A DNA stretch of 64,000 nucleotides from Candidatus Bathyarchaeota archaeon. Lineage in GTDB: Archaea > Thermoproteota > Bathyarchaeia > 40CM-2-53-6. Of the stretch, positions 20,006-29,845 are shown piece by piece; the first letter of the stretch is position 1; every line of letters starts with the position of its first letter. Under the pieces are notes generated by a model that was given only the letters and a program-made list of their open reading frames with translations, made no database searches and had not been told where the DNA came from. The position numbers and the translations under genes are program-made. The DNA lies in the NCBI GenBank assembly GCA_005883075.1, contig VBAX01000047.1, positions 29,598 to 93,597 of the forward strand, written 5' to 3'.

Positions 20006-20647
20006 CTAGGGAATGCGTTTCGCAACTTGCCCCACAAAGGGGTTGGCTAGTTTTTCGTCACCTATGCTTGTCTCTGGTCCATGACCGGGATACACGATGG
20101 TATCGTTATCTAGGGTGAACAAGCGCTTGGTTATAGAACGTATTAGCGTGTCGAGGTCGCCTCCTGGAAGGTCGGTTCGTCCGATCGACTGGTTGAACAG
20201 TGCGTCCCCGGTTAGGACAAAGCCTTGACCGGCTAGGCTGATGCTCCCCGGAGAATGTCCTGGGGTGTGAATCACCTTCACCTGGTCCTCTCCAAAGGCT
20301 ATCGATTCTCCGTCCTTGAGAAACCGATCCACCTTAGGTGGCGGCGGGACGCTGAAACCCATAATCTGGCGGACACGCTTCTGCATAGACTCGAGCGTCG
20401 AGAGATCGTCATGGTGGATTAGAAATGGAATCGTGAGCTTGGCGCGAATAGAGTCAACACCAAGTACATGATCAAAGTGAGTATGAGTCGCAATGATTCC
20501 GTTGGGCTCGACAGAGACGTCGGTGAGGAAGCGAAGAATTCTTTCCGGTTCGTCGCCCGGATCGACGACCAACGCAGCCGAGTCTGATTGAAGAATATAG
20601 CAGTTTGTCTGTAAGCGCCCCACCACAAGTGTGTGTACCTTAGCCAT
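20006..20647 (-). CDS. MBL-fold metallo-hydrolase (glyoxalase II/YcbL-like)
   Basis: THTHFDH, HTPGHSPG, GDALF..SIGRTD, PGHG. Confidence 0.92.
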   Translation of the reverse strand: MAKVHTLVVGRLQTNCYILQSDSAALVVDPGDEPERILRFLTDVSVEPNGIIATHTHFDHVLGVDSIRAKLTIPFLIHHDDLSTLESMQKRVRQIMGFSVPPPPKVDRFLKDGESIAFGEDQVKVIHTPGHSPGSISLAGQGFVLTGDALFNQSIGRTDLPGGDLDTLIRSITKRLFTLDNDTIVYPGHGPETSIGDEKLANPFVGQVAKRIP

Positions 20648-20925
20648 TTTCGAATGTCAGTCGTGACCCCTGCTCAGGGGGAAGAATATGAACTTGGAGC
20701 GACCTGATTACGAGATGCCTTCCTCGGGTATATCCATCGATCAACCGGCGGAACTTTGCCTGTTTTCTACTTTCATGCGGATGATGGGAAAGCAGGAGAA
20801 TTTGGCCGGGTGCGGGAAACGAAGTTTTGAGAGTAGCTTGGGCTAGAGATTTCATCTCATGTGTATCTGGGTCTATCTTCGAGAAGCCATGAACTTAAAT
20901 GGGTAGTAGGTTTTGATCCATAACT

Positions 20926-22359
20926 ATGAAGAAAATACTGACCATTACAGCTCTAGTTGTTACTGCTCTAATGCTTGCAACCCCTCTCGGAGTCGGGACA
21001 ATCGTCAGCGACTTCTACTACAAACCGAGCCTGAGCTATGTTCAGCTCGGTCCCCTAACGACACTTCCACAAGGCATACCTCTCTGCAAGAGCGCGTCTC
21101 TCGGCAACATCGTGTGCTACTCGCCGAGTTTCATCAAGAAGGCGTACGAGTTCCCATCGACCTCTACCCTTGATGGTTCGGGCCAGACAATCGTGATCGT
21201 TGACGCTTTCGGGAGCCCAACGATTGCCAACGACCTAGCATTGTTTGACGCACGCTTTGGAATTTCAGCACCGCCGTCTTTCACAATATTCTGCGGCAAT
21301 TCTCCGACCCCACTCGACCCCAGCACGTGCCCAGTGGTCAACATCAATGCGAATCCGAAACATGACGAATTCGGCTGGACTATAGAGACAAGCCTCGATG
21401 TAGAATACGCCCACGCCATGGCTCCAGGAGCCAACATTGTCCTTGACGTTGCATCAACCTCGTCCGGGAACGCAATCAATGACGCTGAGACCGCGGCCAT
21501 AGCAGCCTACCCAGGCGCTATATTCTCGCAAAGCTTCGGCATTCCAGAAATCTTCCTCACCGGAAACGGAAACCCAGGCCAAGTCAGTCAAGCCCAAGCG
21601 AACTATGCGAACGGCGTCGCCAAAGGTGACACATTCTTCGCCTCAGCAGGAGACACAGGTGCAACTTTCGGCACCAACACCGCAATGGCGAACTTCCCCG
21701 GCTCTGACCTGCACAACACCGGTGTCACTGGAACTCAGGGACTACCCTACAATGCAACTGGAACCCTCACGCCATGCACTACTGCCACACCTTTCTCGTG
21801 CACCTCGGGACTATCCTCCTACCACGGTCCATGTGTCCTTGGCCGAACGATCCCACCCAATTGTGTACCCGATGGGTACGGTGGGGAACAGGTCTGGAAC
21901 GAACCTAGCTTCGGAGCCGCGACCGGTGGAGCGCAGAGCTTACTTTTCGGCGTACCATCCTACCAGGCCGGCCTTGGTCTATCAGCAAGGGGTCCGGATG
22001 TGGACTACAACGCAGCCATCGACGGTGGAGTTTTGGTCGTCTACGGAGGCTTCGGATTCCCAGTCCTATTCATAGTTGGAGGAACCAGCGCTGGTTCTCC
22101 ACAATGGGCGGGAATCACTGCCTTGGTGAACCAGGCTCGGGCCAATGCGGGTAAAGGTCCGATCGGCGACTTGAACCCAGCTCTCTATGCGATCTATCAC
22201 AGCACACGCTACTCGACTGACTTCCACGACATTACCGTAGGTAGCGATCAACTGGTCGGCACACCGGTTGGTTTCTCAGCGGGCACAGGGTACGATGTCG
22301 CATCAGGCATCGGCTCCCCCGTCGTGGACCAACTGATCGTCGACCTAACAGCAGCATAG
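20926..22359 (+). CDS. secreted S53 (sedolisin/kumamolisin-like) serine-carboxyl peptidase
   Basis: signal peptide, ETSLD (E/D), SAGDTG oxyanion Asp, GGTSAGSP catalytic Ser, FHDIT..GYD Ca-site. Confidence 0.9.
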   Translation: MKKILTITALVVTALMLATPLGVGTIVSDFYYKPSLSYVQLGPLTTLPQGIPLCKSASLGNIVCYSPSFIKKAYEFPSTSTLDGSGQTIVIVDAFGSPTIANDLALFDARFGISAPPSFTIFCGNSPTPLDPSTCPVVNINANPKHDEFGWTIETSLDVEYAHAMAPGANIVLDVASTSSGNAINDAETAAIAAYPGAIFSQSFGIPEIFLTGNGNPGQVSQAQANYANGVAKGDTFFASAGDTGATFGTNTAMANFPGSDLHNTGVTGTQGLPYNATGTLTPCTTATPFSCTSGLSSYHGPCVLGRTIPPNCVPDGYGGEQVWNEPSFGAATGGAQSLLFGVPSYQAGLGLSARGPDVDYNAAIDGGVLVVYGGFGFPVLFIVGGTSAGSPQWAGITALVNQARANAGKGPIGDLNPALYAIYHSTRYSTDFHDITVGSDQLVGTPVGFSAGTGYDVASGIGSPVVDQLIVDLTAA

Positions 22360-22373
22360 ACTAGACTGAAAGT

Positions 22374-22407
22374 GGGAGGCATGTCCTCCCCAACCCCCTC
22401 TTTTTTT
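22374..22407 (+). terminator. putative terminator after S53 gene
   Basis: hairpin GGGAGG-N5-CCTCCC followed by a pyrimidine tract and T7. Confidence 0.6.
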
Positions 22408-22585
22408 GACCTTCTCTTGAACGTCCGACAGTAAGATCCATAGTAACGTGGGCTGTTCTCTCAGAGAGATAAGCCTGATTTCTCCCTGACTCAGCCCGGT
22501 CCCCAATCTCGGGGCTTTGTAGAAGAAAAGAGGGACCTTTTCGCTGTAGGTCCATAGTATCGGAGCTATTGTTTCGGGTCAACTC

Positions 22586-24625
22586 TCACATTGGATGTAT
22601 GTGGGACTCAGCACATGAGGCTGGGAAGGAACCGGTGGCAACGGGGGAGAAAACTTCAATCCGGTTGTTGCTCGTTCCACTGGAGGTTCCTGTATCGACC
22701 ACGTAGACATTCCCTGAACTGTCCACGGCCAGCCCGTTCGGATTCACGAGCTGGCCATTTGCAGACCCCATCATCCCGAAGGATGTGAGAAACGTGCCGT
22801 TGCTGGCGAACTCTTGGACTCGGTTATTGAAAGTGTCGGCCACGTAGACATTCCCAGCTGAGTCTAGGGCTAAGTGTCCAGGGACATTGAACTGCCCATT
22901 TCCGGGACCGGAAGATCCCCAGGAGATGAGGAATCCTCCCGAGCTGTTGAATTTCTCGATACGATTGTTCGATGAGTCGCTTACATACACGTTGCCTGAG
23001 GCGTCTACAACGATGCCAGTTGGATTGCTGAACTGGCCGTTAGCGGTCCCCAACGACCCCCAAGTCATGATGAAGTTTCCTAAACTGTCAAACTTTTGCA
23101 CTCGATTGCCCGAGTAATCTGTAACGTAGACGTTGTTTGAACTGTCTGTTGCGACACCGTATGGACCGTTGAACTGCCCGTTGCCCAATCCAAAGGATCC
23201 CCATGCTCTAGTGAAAGTACCGTTCGGAAGGAATTTTTCAATTCGGTTATTGGAATAATCTGAAACATAGACGCTACCACTGTGGTCGACGGCAACTCCA
23301 AAAGGACCGTCGAGCTGGCCGGCTGCATTCCCAGTCGCTCCCCACGCCAATAGGAAAGTTCCAGATGTGGAGAACACTTGTATTCGATTATTTAGTTCGT
23401 CAACAACATAGACGCGGCCCGAACTGTCCACGGCTCCATCATAAGGACTAGAGAACAGTCCGAATCTTGGATATGTGAGACTTGAAATGTACGATCCTGT
23501 GCTAGCTGAGAATTTCTGAACTCTAAAGTTGTTTGAATCACCAACATACAGGTTCTGCAGAGAATCAACGGCTACCCCAACCGGGTTGTTGAACTGTCCA
23601 GGCAATCCGCCCGGAGAGCCCCACATCAAGATGAGGTTGCCGGTCGTAGTGTCGAACCTTTCCACATCATTCCGCAGGTTGTCGGTGACATAGATGTTGG
23701 ATGCGTTGTCGACTGCCATCATCGCCGGTGCCGCAAGGCTGCCCCCGAAATTCAGCCCTCCCCACGTTAGGACAAGACTGCCCGTCTTGGTAAATTTAGT
23801 AATATTGTTCGACTTGGTGGCGCTGTCGCTCACGTATACGAATCCTGACGAATCCACCGCTATTCCATACGGACTCAGGAATTTGCCTTGACTCGTACCA
23901 AGCCCGCCGAAAGATCCAACGTATGTTCCATTATTCCTGAATATCTGAACACGTTGGTTTCCTTGATCTACCACGTATACGAAGCCGGTAGCGTTAACGC
24001 TAACCCCGAGCGGGGTCTTGAATTGGCCATTTCCGGACCCAGTCGAGCCCCATGAGGTGATGAAGTTCCCGGAAGAATCGAACTTCTGAATGTTGTTATT
24101 CACTGAATCAGAAACGTACACGTTTCCTTGGGGGTCCCGAGCGATTCCTTGTGGGGTGTTGAACCGTCCTGGCCCGGTCCCTTGGGATCCCCATGTGGTT
24201 ACGAGCGATCCATCCCTTGCTAGTTTGTAAACCGCGTAGTTCTTTGCATCGGCGATGAAGATGTTGCCTGCAGAATCTACTGCAACCCCGTTGGGGGCTA
24301 AGGGTCCCCCATACCCGCCCCATTGCCGAGAGTAGACAAAGGAGTTGGTTCCAGCAACCGTAGCCTGGGTTCGGCCTCCCGCTACCCCGGCCAGCACCAT
24401 GGTCCCCTGAGTGATTATCAGAATCGTCACGGAAAGGGACAACACAAAAAGAATCATAGACCGGAGGAAAATCGGCCTTTTTTCCGTATTAACTGCGCTA
24501 GAACGAGACGCGTAGTTCACTCGCGAATTGGGACGACGTTGTGAAGAGGAGTCCTTTCTGCCAGGCCAGAGCTCTGGGTTGGTCGGGGTTCCCCTCTGTG
24601 CAAAGGTCATGAGGAGAAGAAGCAT
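22586..24625 (-). CDS. secreted NHL-repeat protein (12 repeats, probably two 6-bladed beta-propellers)
   Basis: 12 PxGxAVD..GNVYVxD..NNRIQKF repeats; hydrophobic signal segment; true start probably downstream of 24625 (near MILFVLSL). Confidence 0.88.
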   Translation of the reverse strand: MLLLLMTFAQRGTPTNPELWPGRKDSSSQRRPNSRVNYASRSSAVNTEKRPIFLRSMILFVLSLSVTILIITQGTMVLAGVAGGRTQATVAGTNSFVYSRQWGGYGGPLAPNGVAVDSAGNIFIADAKNYAVYKLARDGSLVTTWGSQGTGPGRFNTPQGIARDPQGNVYVSDSVNNNIQKFDSSGNFITSWGSTGSGNGQFKTPLGVSVNATGFVYVVDQGNQRVQIFRNNGTYVGSFGGLGTSQGKFLSPYGIAVDSSGFVYVSDSATKSNNITKFTKTGSLVLTWGGLNFGGSLAAPAMMAVDNASNIYVTDNLRNDVERFDTTTGNLILMWGSPGGLPGQFNNPVGVAVDSLQNLYVGDSNNFRVQKFSASTGSYISSLTYPRFGLFSSPYDGAVDSSGRVYVVDELNNRIQVFSTSGTFLLAWGATGNAAGQLDGPFGVAVDHSGSVYVSDYSNNRIEKFLPNGTFTRAWGSFGLGNGQFNGPYGVATDSSNNVYVTDYSGNRVQKFDSLGNFIMTWGSLGTANGQFSNPTGIVVDASGNVYVSDSSNNRIEKFNSSGGFLISWGSSGPGNGQFNVPGHLALDSAGNVYVADTFNNRVQEFASNGTFLTSFGMMGSANGQLVNPNGLAVDSSGNVYVVDTGTSSGTSNNRIEVFSPVATGSFPASCAESHIHPM

Positions 24626-24857
24626 TCTCTCTTTTTCCGTCCCAGGTCTCTTGTCTTAAAAAACACTTTCTCGAGTTTTCATAGCCCCACTATTGACACG
24701 GAAATATCCAGGGATAGCTTACGCCGGCTTGATATTTCTCCGGGGGGCCTCTCACAATGTGTGAGTGGAGAGAATGTGAAGGGAGCCGACTCGCCCGAAA
24801 TTCGCAGAGAATCCCTGTTCTGGAATGGTGGCAAGAAAAGACATAAGAAAATCTTTG

Positions 24858-27716
24858 TTAGTTATTCCAGAAAGGCCTTGTTGCTATGAACTGTAGCTTA
24901 GCCTCCAGAAGGTCTCTATAGAATTCGTCATCGCTTTCATGCATCTTCGACAGAACTCTCGCAGCGGTTTGCGGTCCGATACCGTATACTGACTGGGCTA
25001 TTATCGCTCTCCTCCCATAGGCGATTACGAGATCCGCTGAACGTCGTGCTCTGGTCAAAGCCTTCTGCTCGTTCTCGTCCAGTGATTGTTTGTCTTGCTT
25101 TTTGTGGAGAATGTTCGTTGCATAGGCACTGGACCAGAAAAGTGGAGCCAGAAGCTTGGAGCTGCAATCTTGGCAGAACGGATGGTCTGGAAGACTTGCT
25201 ATACTAGCATCTCTGGTGAGCTTGCCGCAGTCGAAGCACAGCATGTCGATGGATCGTCCTTCGATCGAAATGCGGAGTCTAGTCATATTGTCCGTGGCAA
25301 CGTTCTCCGGTGCGATTAGCTCAGGGATGTCAACGTGTCGATAGAGGATGTGGTAGGCTAGTGGTGTGGGCTTGTCTTTGGATCTGAAGAATCTCAGGTC
25401 AATTTTTCCTTCACTGATCTCTTTGAAGATTCCTTTCACGCCGTCGAAGTCAGAATGTTCCATCAGTGCTTCCCTGATTGTCTCGTCGTAGATGGGAGTG
25501 AGTCGAAATCTCAGCATCAGTTCCTTCATAGCATCTCCATACATGAGCCGCCCACGGGCAAGTGCTCCGAACCTCTCGGCGGCATGTTTCATATGGAGCT
25601 GCCACGGGAAGTGACGATGAAGCACTCCGTGACATGCTCCTCCTAGCACGGGCTCTTCGACCCCGAACACTTTCTTCAGGAACAGATCCTCTAGATCCAA
25701 GTCAGACGTGTCAGCGGTCATCTCAAACAGAATTCGGTAGGGGTCCGACCACCACATTCGGACGAGGCCTTGGCGGCGGAACAGTTCTTCGATAACTTCT
25801 CCAAGTGTAAAGTTGAGTATGTCTCCGAGATGGGTGTGAAGGATGATGTATCGGTCAAATCCTTCGATGAGGACTCGTTGATCGGTTGGAACAGGCGCTC
25901 CAGTAGCCTTGTGGGTTTCTATCTCTTCAATAAGTCGTCTCAATCCATAGATGTCGCAAGGCCAACGCTGAGAAAGGGTCTCAACCGCCGTCGATTTCGT
26001 GGTGTTTTCATCAATTAGCTTGTCCATGATGGATCGGTAGACTCCGACCTTGGTTGCAAGTGCGCGGGGCACGGGGAGTATCTGCCCATCCCATCCGGGG
26101 ATGGCCGCTGTGGGGTCAATGATGGGGAGAACGTAGACTTTTCCATCGTCTGTGATCTGCTTGATCTGCCAGACCCGCCCTTTAACGATGAAGTTGAGTC
26201 CAATGCGAGCCTTGGTGATCATGAACTCTTCACCGAGTATACCGACGTTTTGCTGGCTGGTGAGATCTACAACCAGGTAACGGCGTTCGTCTGGGATCAT
26301 GCTCAGGTTTTCGAAATAGTAGAACCGGGTCCTGGAAGTGCGGTAGAGTGCGAAATCATCTTTCTTGAGGTATCCCATCTTGCGCATGAATTCGATGACC
26401 TTGTCAAACGCTCCATCTTCTAACTCATGGTATGGGTAGGCTCTCTTGATGATGTTCTTGGCTTGAAAGATCTCAAGGCTTCCGTCCGAGTCCATCAGCA
26501 CTCCAGCAATCTGATGGGCGAGCACGTCTAAGGCTCCAAGATGGATAATAGTGTGCTCTAGTCTTCCCTCCCTTGCGAGCTCGATTACTCCGACAGATTC
26601 TAGGATATCCTCGGTCGAGACTGAAACTAGAACGCCTTGGGAAGTTCTGGTGAGAGTATGACCTGACCGCCCTACGCGTTGAACGAGGCTGTTTACTTGT
26701 CTCGGGGACATGTATTGTACGACAAGGTCAACGGATCCAATGTCTATTCCCAGTTCAAGGGTGGATGTGCACACGAGACCTTTGATTTCTCCGCCCTTGA
26801 ATGCTTCCTCGGCTCGAACTCTTTCCTCTCTTGGGAGCGACCCGTGGTGGACCATTATCTTTCGGTCCATCATGTTGAACTTGGATCCGAGCAGTTCTGC
26901 GTTGACCCGGCTGTTAACGAAGATGAGTGTGGAATCGTGAGCCTCTACCAGGTCGTCTACGAGTGTAAGCCGCGCCGCAGCCTCGGGCGTAGTGTATAGT
27001 CGTCGGGCGAGGTCTCGATCCTCCTCTCCTGGTGCCGGATACTCCACCTTGTACCTGGTCAGCTTGTTCAGTGGAATCTGTACTGTCTTGACAGGCTGGT
27101 CGCCGCCGAGGAATAATGCGATCTCTTCGGGGTTTCCTACAGTAGCTGAGAGTCCCACCCTCTGGAAACCGTTGACGCAGATCTCTCTCAACCGTTCGAG
27201 ACCGACGGTCAGTTGGACTCCTCTACGGTCGCCTGCCAGCTCGTGGATCTCATCGATTACTACGGATTTGACGTGACGAAGATGATCTCTCATGCGTTTG
27301 CCCGGCAGTACAGCTTGGAGGGTTTCCGGTGTTGTGATGAGAAGGTCGGGGGGCTTGACTGCCATTCGTCTTCTTTCTTTGGCCGGGGTATCCCCGTGTC
27401 GAACTTCGACCGAGAAGCCAAGCTTGCTGGACCATGATTGGAGTCGCTTGAGGAGGTCTCGGTTTAGCGCCCTGAGCGGTGTAACATAGATGAGCGAGAT
27501 GCCTTGTCTGTCCGGATTCCGGATCATTGCATCGATTAACGGCAGTAGTGCTGCCTCGGTCTTGCCTGAACCCGTGGGGGCGATTATGAGGACGTTGTCG
27601 CCCTGGGCGATCAGGGGGATGGCTTCGACCTGTGGTGGGGTGGGTTTTGAGAGTCCTGTCTCCTGGAGCAGTCCTTTCAGTGAGGGAGAGAGGAAGGCGA
27701 AGGCTTCCAGGGCCAT
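24858..27716 (-). CDS. lhr: Lhr-type DEAD/DEAH SF2 helicase (archaeal Lhr-core)
   Basis: APTGSGKT, PLRALNRD, DEIH, SAT, HHGSL, LELGIDIG, QRVGRSGH; C-terminal CxxC..CxxC and GIGPQTA. Confidence 0.92.
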   Translation of the reverse strand: MALEAFAFLSPSLKGLLQETGLSKPTPPQVEAIPLIAQGDNVLIIAPTGSGKTEAALLPLIDAMIRNPDRQGISLIYVTPLRALNRDLLKRLQSWSSKLGFSVEVRHGDTPAKERRRMAVKPPDLLITTPETLQAVLPGKRMRDHLRHVKSVVIDEIHELAGDRRGVQLTVGLERLREICVNGFQRVGLSATVGNPEEIALFLGGDQPVKTVQIPLNKLTRYKVEYPAPGEEDRDLARRLYTTPEAAARLTLVDDLVEAHDSTLIFVNSRVNAELLGSKFNMMDRKIMVHHGSLPREERVRAEEAFKGGEIKGLVCTSTLELGIDIGSVDLVVQYMSPRQVNSLVQRVGRSGHTLTRTSQGVLVSVSTEDILESVGVIELAREGRLEHTIIHLGALDVLAHQIAGVLMDSDGSLEIFQAKNIIKRAYPYHELEDGAFDKVIEFMRKMGYLKKDDFALYRTSRTRFYYFENLSMIPDERRYLVVDLTSQQNVGILGEEFMITKARIGLNFIVKGRVWQIKQITDDGKVYVLPIIDPTAAIPGWDGQILPVPRALATKVGVYRSIMDKLIDENTTKSTAVETLSQRWPCDIYGLRRLIEEIETHKATGAPVPTDQRVLIEGFDRYIILHTHLGDILNFTLGEVIEELFRRQGLVRMWWSDPYRILFEMTADTSDLDLEDLFLKKVFGVEEPVLGGACHGVLHRHFPWQLHMKHAAERFGALARGRLMYGDAMKELMLRFRLTPIYDETIREALMEHSDFDGVKGIFKEISEGKIDLRFFRSKDKPTPLAYHILYRHVDIPELIAPENVATDNMTRLRISIEGRSIDMLCFDCGKLTRDASIASLPDHPFCQDCSSKLLAPLFWSSAYATNILHKKQDKQSLDENEQKALTRARRSADLVIAYGRRAIIAQSVYGIGPQTAARVLSKMHESDDEFYRDLLEAKLQFIATRPFWNN

Positions 27717-27795
27717 GGACTCCGCTAGTGAATGACAGAATTAATGTCTCGAAGATAAACTTCCTAGGCGACCAAAAGTGTCGTTCTTCGGACCC

Positions 27796-28206
27796 TTATT
27801 TCTTCTCTGTTATTTTCTTCAAAAAGTCCTTGTAGTCTGGGGCTTTCATGAGACTGGGCAGTTCGCTCTTCAGATCTGCCGGTTGGATTATTGTGATCCA
27901 GCCATCTCCGTACGGGTGTTTGTTGACCAGTTCGGGAGCATCAGAGAGAGTGTTGTTGACGTCGACAATTGTGCCTGAGATCGGGGAGAAGACGTCAGCG
28001 ACGGCCTTTACCGATTCGACTGTCCCGAGGCTTTGCATATGGGTTACTTTAGCGCCTATTTTTGGAAGGTCGACGTAGACGATTTCGTGCAATGAGTTTT
28101 GAGCATAGTCCGTTACTCCTACTCTACATTTGTCTCCTTCTAGCCTGACCCACTCATGCTCTTTCGTATAGTAGACATCTTCCGGAACCTTGAACTCGCC
28201 TCTCAT
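27796..28206 (-). CDS. gcvH: glycine cleavage system H (lipoyl carrier) protein
   Basis: YTKEHEW, VGVTDYAQ, VESVKAV lipoyl-Lys, PYGDGW. Confidence 0.95.
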   Translation of the reverse strand: MRGEFKVPEDVYYTKEHEWVRLEGDKCRVGVTDYAQNSLHEIVYVDLPKIGAKVTHMQSLGTVESVKAVADVFSPISGTIVDVNNTLSDAPELVNKHPYGDGWITIIQPADLKSELPSLMKAPDYKDFLKKITEKK

Positions 28207-28344
28207 TGCAGATCTTCCAGAGATCTATGGGGCGTTACGATTCGGTATAAAGATTCCAAGAAGGATTCTCCGCGGCTTCCGGTTTTGTTCCATCCGCAGG
28301 AATCGATCGAACTAATCTTGAGATAAGCGCGCCCTTCTCAGACC

Positions 28345-28923
28345 TTAGCCTTGTATTTGGTTGACCAGTTTTGGGATTTCTGCCCAGCTTTCGACTCTGA
28401 ACACTTGGCGTAGTTCTGGGACTGTCCTGTTCCAGGGTCGGCTGTATAGTATTCCCCACATTTTCGGGTTGCGTGAGATTAGGGGCATCAGTTCTGGAGC
28501 GTCGTCGATGTATACGTCGTAGTTGAGAAAGATCTTGTCCTTCCATCCAGGAACGCGTACGAACCGCTGATACGGTATCTTTTGCTCAGCGAGCCAGCTC
28601 TTTGCCGATTTGATGCTTTCTTTGCTGCGTCCTGTCACAACATCGATTTGTCCCGAGCGGGCTATCTTACGGACCTTTTCTGCCAGCCTAGGCTCCGTAG
28701 GCGGGATGGTTTCCCAGTCGTCCCATGCCTCGTCGAGGAATTGGAAGAACTGTTCTCTGCTAATCCCAAGCTTGCGCCAAGACGCCCAAGTATCTAGATC
28801 GGCAAGGTTGAGATTCGTGCCCAGAAACTCGTTGGCATGTTTGCACCATGCTTCCATTGTTTCAGCTAGGACCCCGTCGAGATCGACTGCGATTTTCAAC
28901 CGCTCATATCGAGACCCTGGCAA
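28345..28923 (-). CDS. HAD-superfamily 5'(3')-deoxyribonucleotidase-like protein (NT5C family)
   Basis: DLDGVLA, VVTGR, YIDD, PWNR..RVESW. Confidence 0.82.
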   Translation of the reverse strand: MPGSRYERLKIAVDLDGVLAETMEAWCKHANEFLGTNLNLADLDTWASWRKLGISREQFFQFLDEAWDDWETIPPTEPRLAEKVRKIARSGQIDVVTGRSKESIKSAKSWLAEQKIPYQRFVRVPGWKDKIFLNYDVYIDDAPELMPLISRNPKMWGILYSRPWNRTVPELRQVFRVESWAEIPKLVNQIQG

Positions 28924-28983
28924 TGTATGATCTCATTGTGTGACGTGCGAGAGTCTTTAACCTTAGGCGAGATCCGGTTCGAC

Positions 28984-29592
28984 ATGCCGCGAGAGATGAC
29001 CGTACTAGAGGGAATCAACTCTCTTCGGTCCGTCCGAAAATTCAAGTCTGACCCCATTCCTGAGGACAAGTTGAGGATCATCCTCGAGTCCGCGTCCAAG
29101 GCCGCGTCTGGTAGCAATACTCAGCCATGGGAGTTCGTCGTGGTTCGTGATGCGAGGATGAAAGCGCGTCTCAAGGAACCGATGCTGAGAACATGGCTCG
29201 AAAAGCTTGCGGCTGGTTCGGGAATGTCTCAGCGTATGCGTGATGTCTATGACGATGCAACTGAGATGCTTCGGAACACTGACAATGTGCCCGTGATAAT
29301 CTACTGCTGCATTGACATCGATCGTGTTGGGAAGAGTGAGGAGGTCCGGTACGCAAGCATCTATCCTGCAGTCCAGAACCTTATGCTTGCAGCCCACGCG
29401 CTAGGTCTCGCAACCTGCCTGACTGTTCACGGGTCAACACCAACTCGTGGAGAGCCCGAGGTCAAGAAGCTACTTGAAATTCCGGAACACGTTAAGATCG
29501 CATGCCTTGTCTATCTAGGCTATCCAGCTGTTAGACTCGGTCATCCCAAGAGAAAGCCAATTGAGAAATTCACACACCACGACCACTGGTAA
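28984..29592 (+). CDS. nitroreductase family protein
   Basis: RSVRKF, ASGSNTQPW, QNLMLAAHALGL, LGYP; likely start ATG 28984. Confidence 0.9.
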   Translation: MPREMTVLEGINSLRSVRKFKSDPIPEDKLRIILESASKAASGSNTQPWEFVVVRDARMKARLKEPMLRTWLEKLAAGSGMSQRMRDVYDDATEMLRNTDNVPVIIYCCIDIDRVGKSEEVRYASIYPAVQNLMLAAHALGLATCLTVHGSTPTRGEPEVKKLLEIPEHVKIACLVYLGYPAVRLGHPKRKPIEKFTHHDHW

Positions 29593-29614
29593 GTCGCACC
29601 TTAATCGGGTTCCT

Positions 29615-29840
29615 TTCTAGCTTCTAAGCCCAAAGAGAAGCCAGATCGGGAATCTGGGACACCGTCAAATTCTCGCCTCCAAATTGTTCAGGAACTGACC
29701 TAAATTACACGTTAACTCGCTCTTTGATCAAAGCCCAAACCCTGCCCTGAATCGCAATATTCGCCCATTACCAATGCCAGACAGAAAATCTTCCCATCAA
29801 AAAATAGGGGGGTATTGCACAGAACATCTCACGACGCAAG
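29615..29840 (+). repeat. dispersed ~210-bp intergenic repeat, copy B
   Basis: contains GAATCTGGGAC, CCTGCCCTGAATCGC, TCGCCCA, GCCAGACAGAAAATC, AAAATAGGGGGGT, TTGCACAG..CGACGCAAG in the same order as the other copies; between convergent genes. Confidence 0.85.
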
Positions 29841-29845
29841 TCCGG

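Noticed and set aside
22586..24320. CRISPR-like or tandem DNA repeats
   Set aside because: The periodicity is explained by degenerate NHL protein repeats; there are no identical direct repeats with spacers.
24692..24756. Similarity to 54964-55045 (TTGACACG..GGGAT..CCGGGGG..TCACA) as a second repeat family
   Set aside because: Only short words match, with different spacing; this could be chance.
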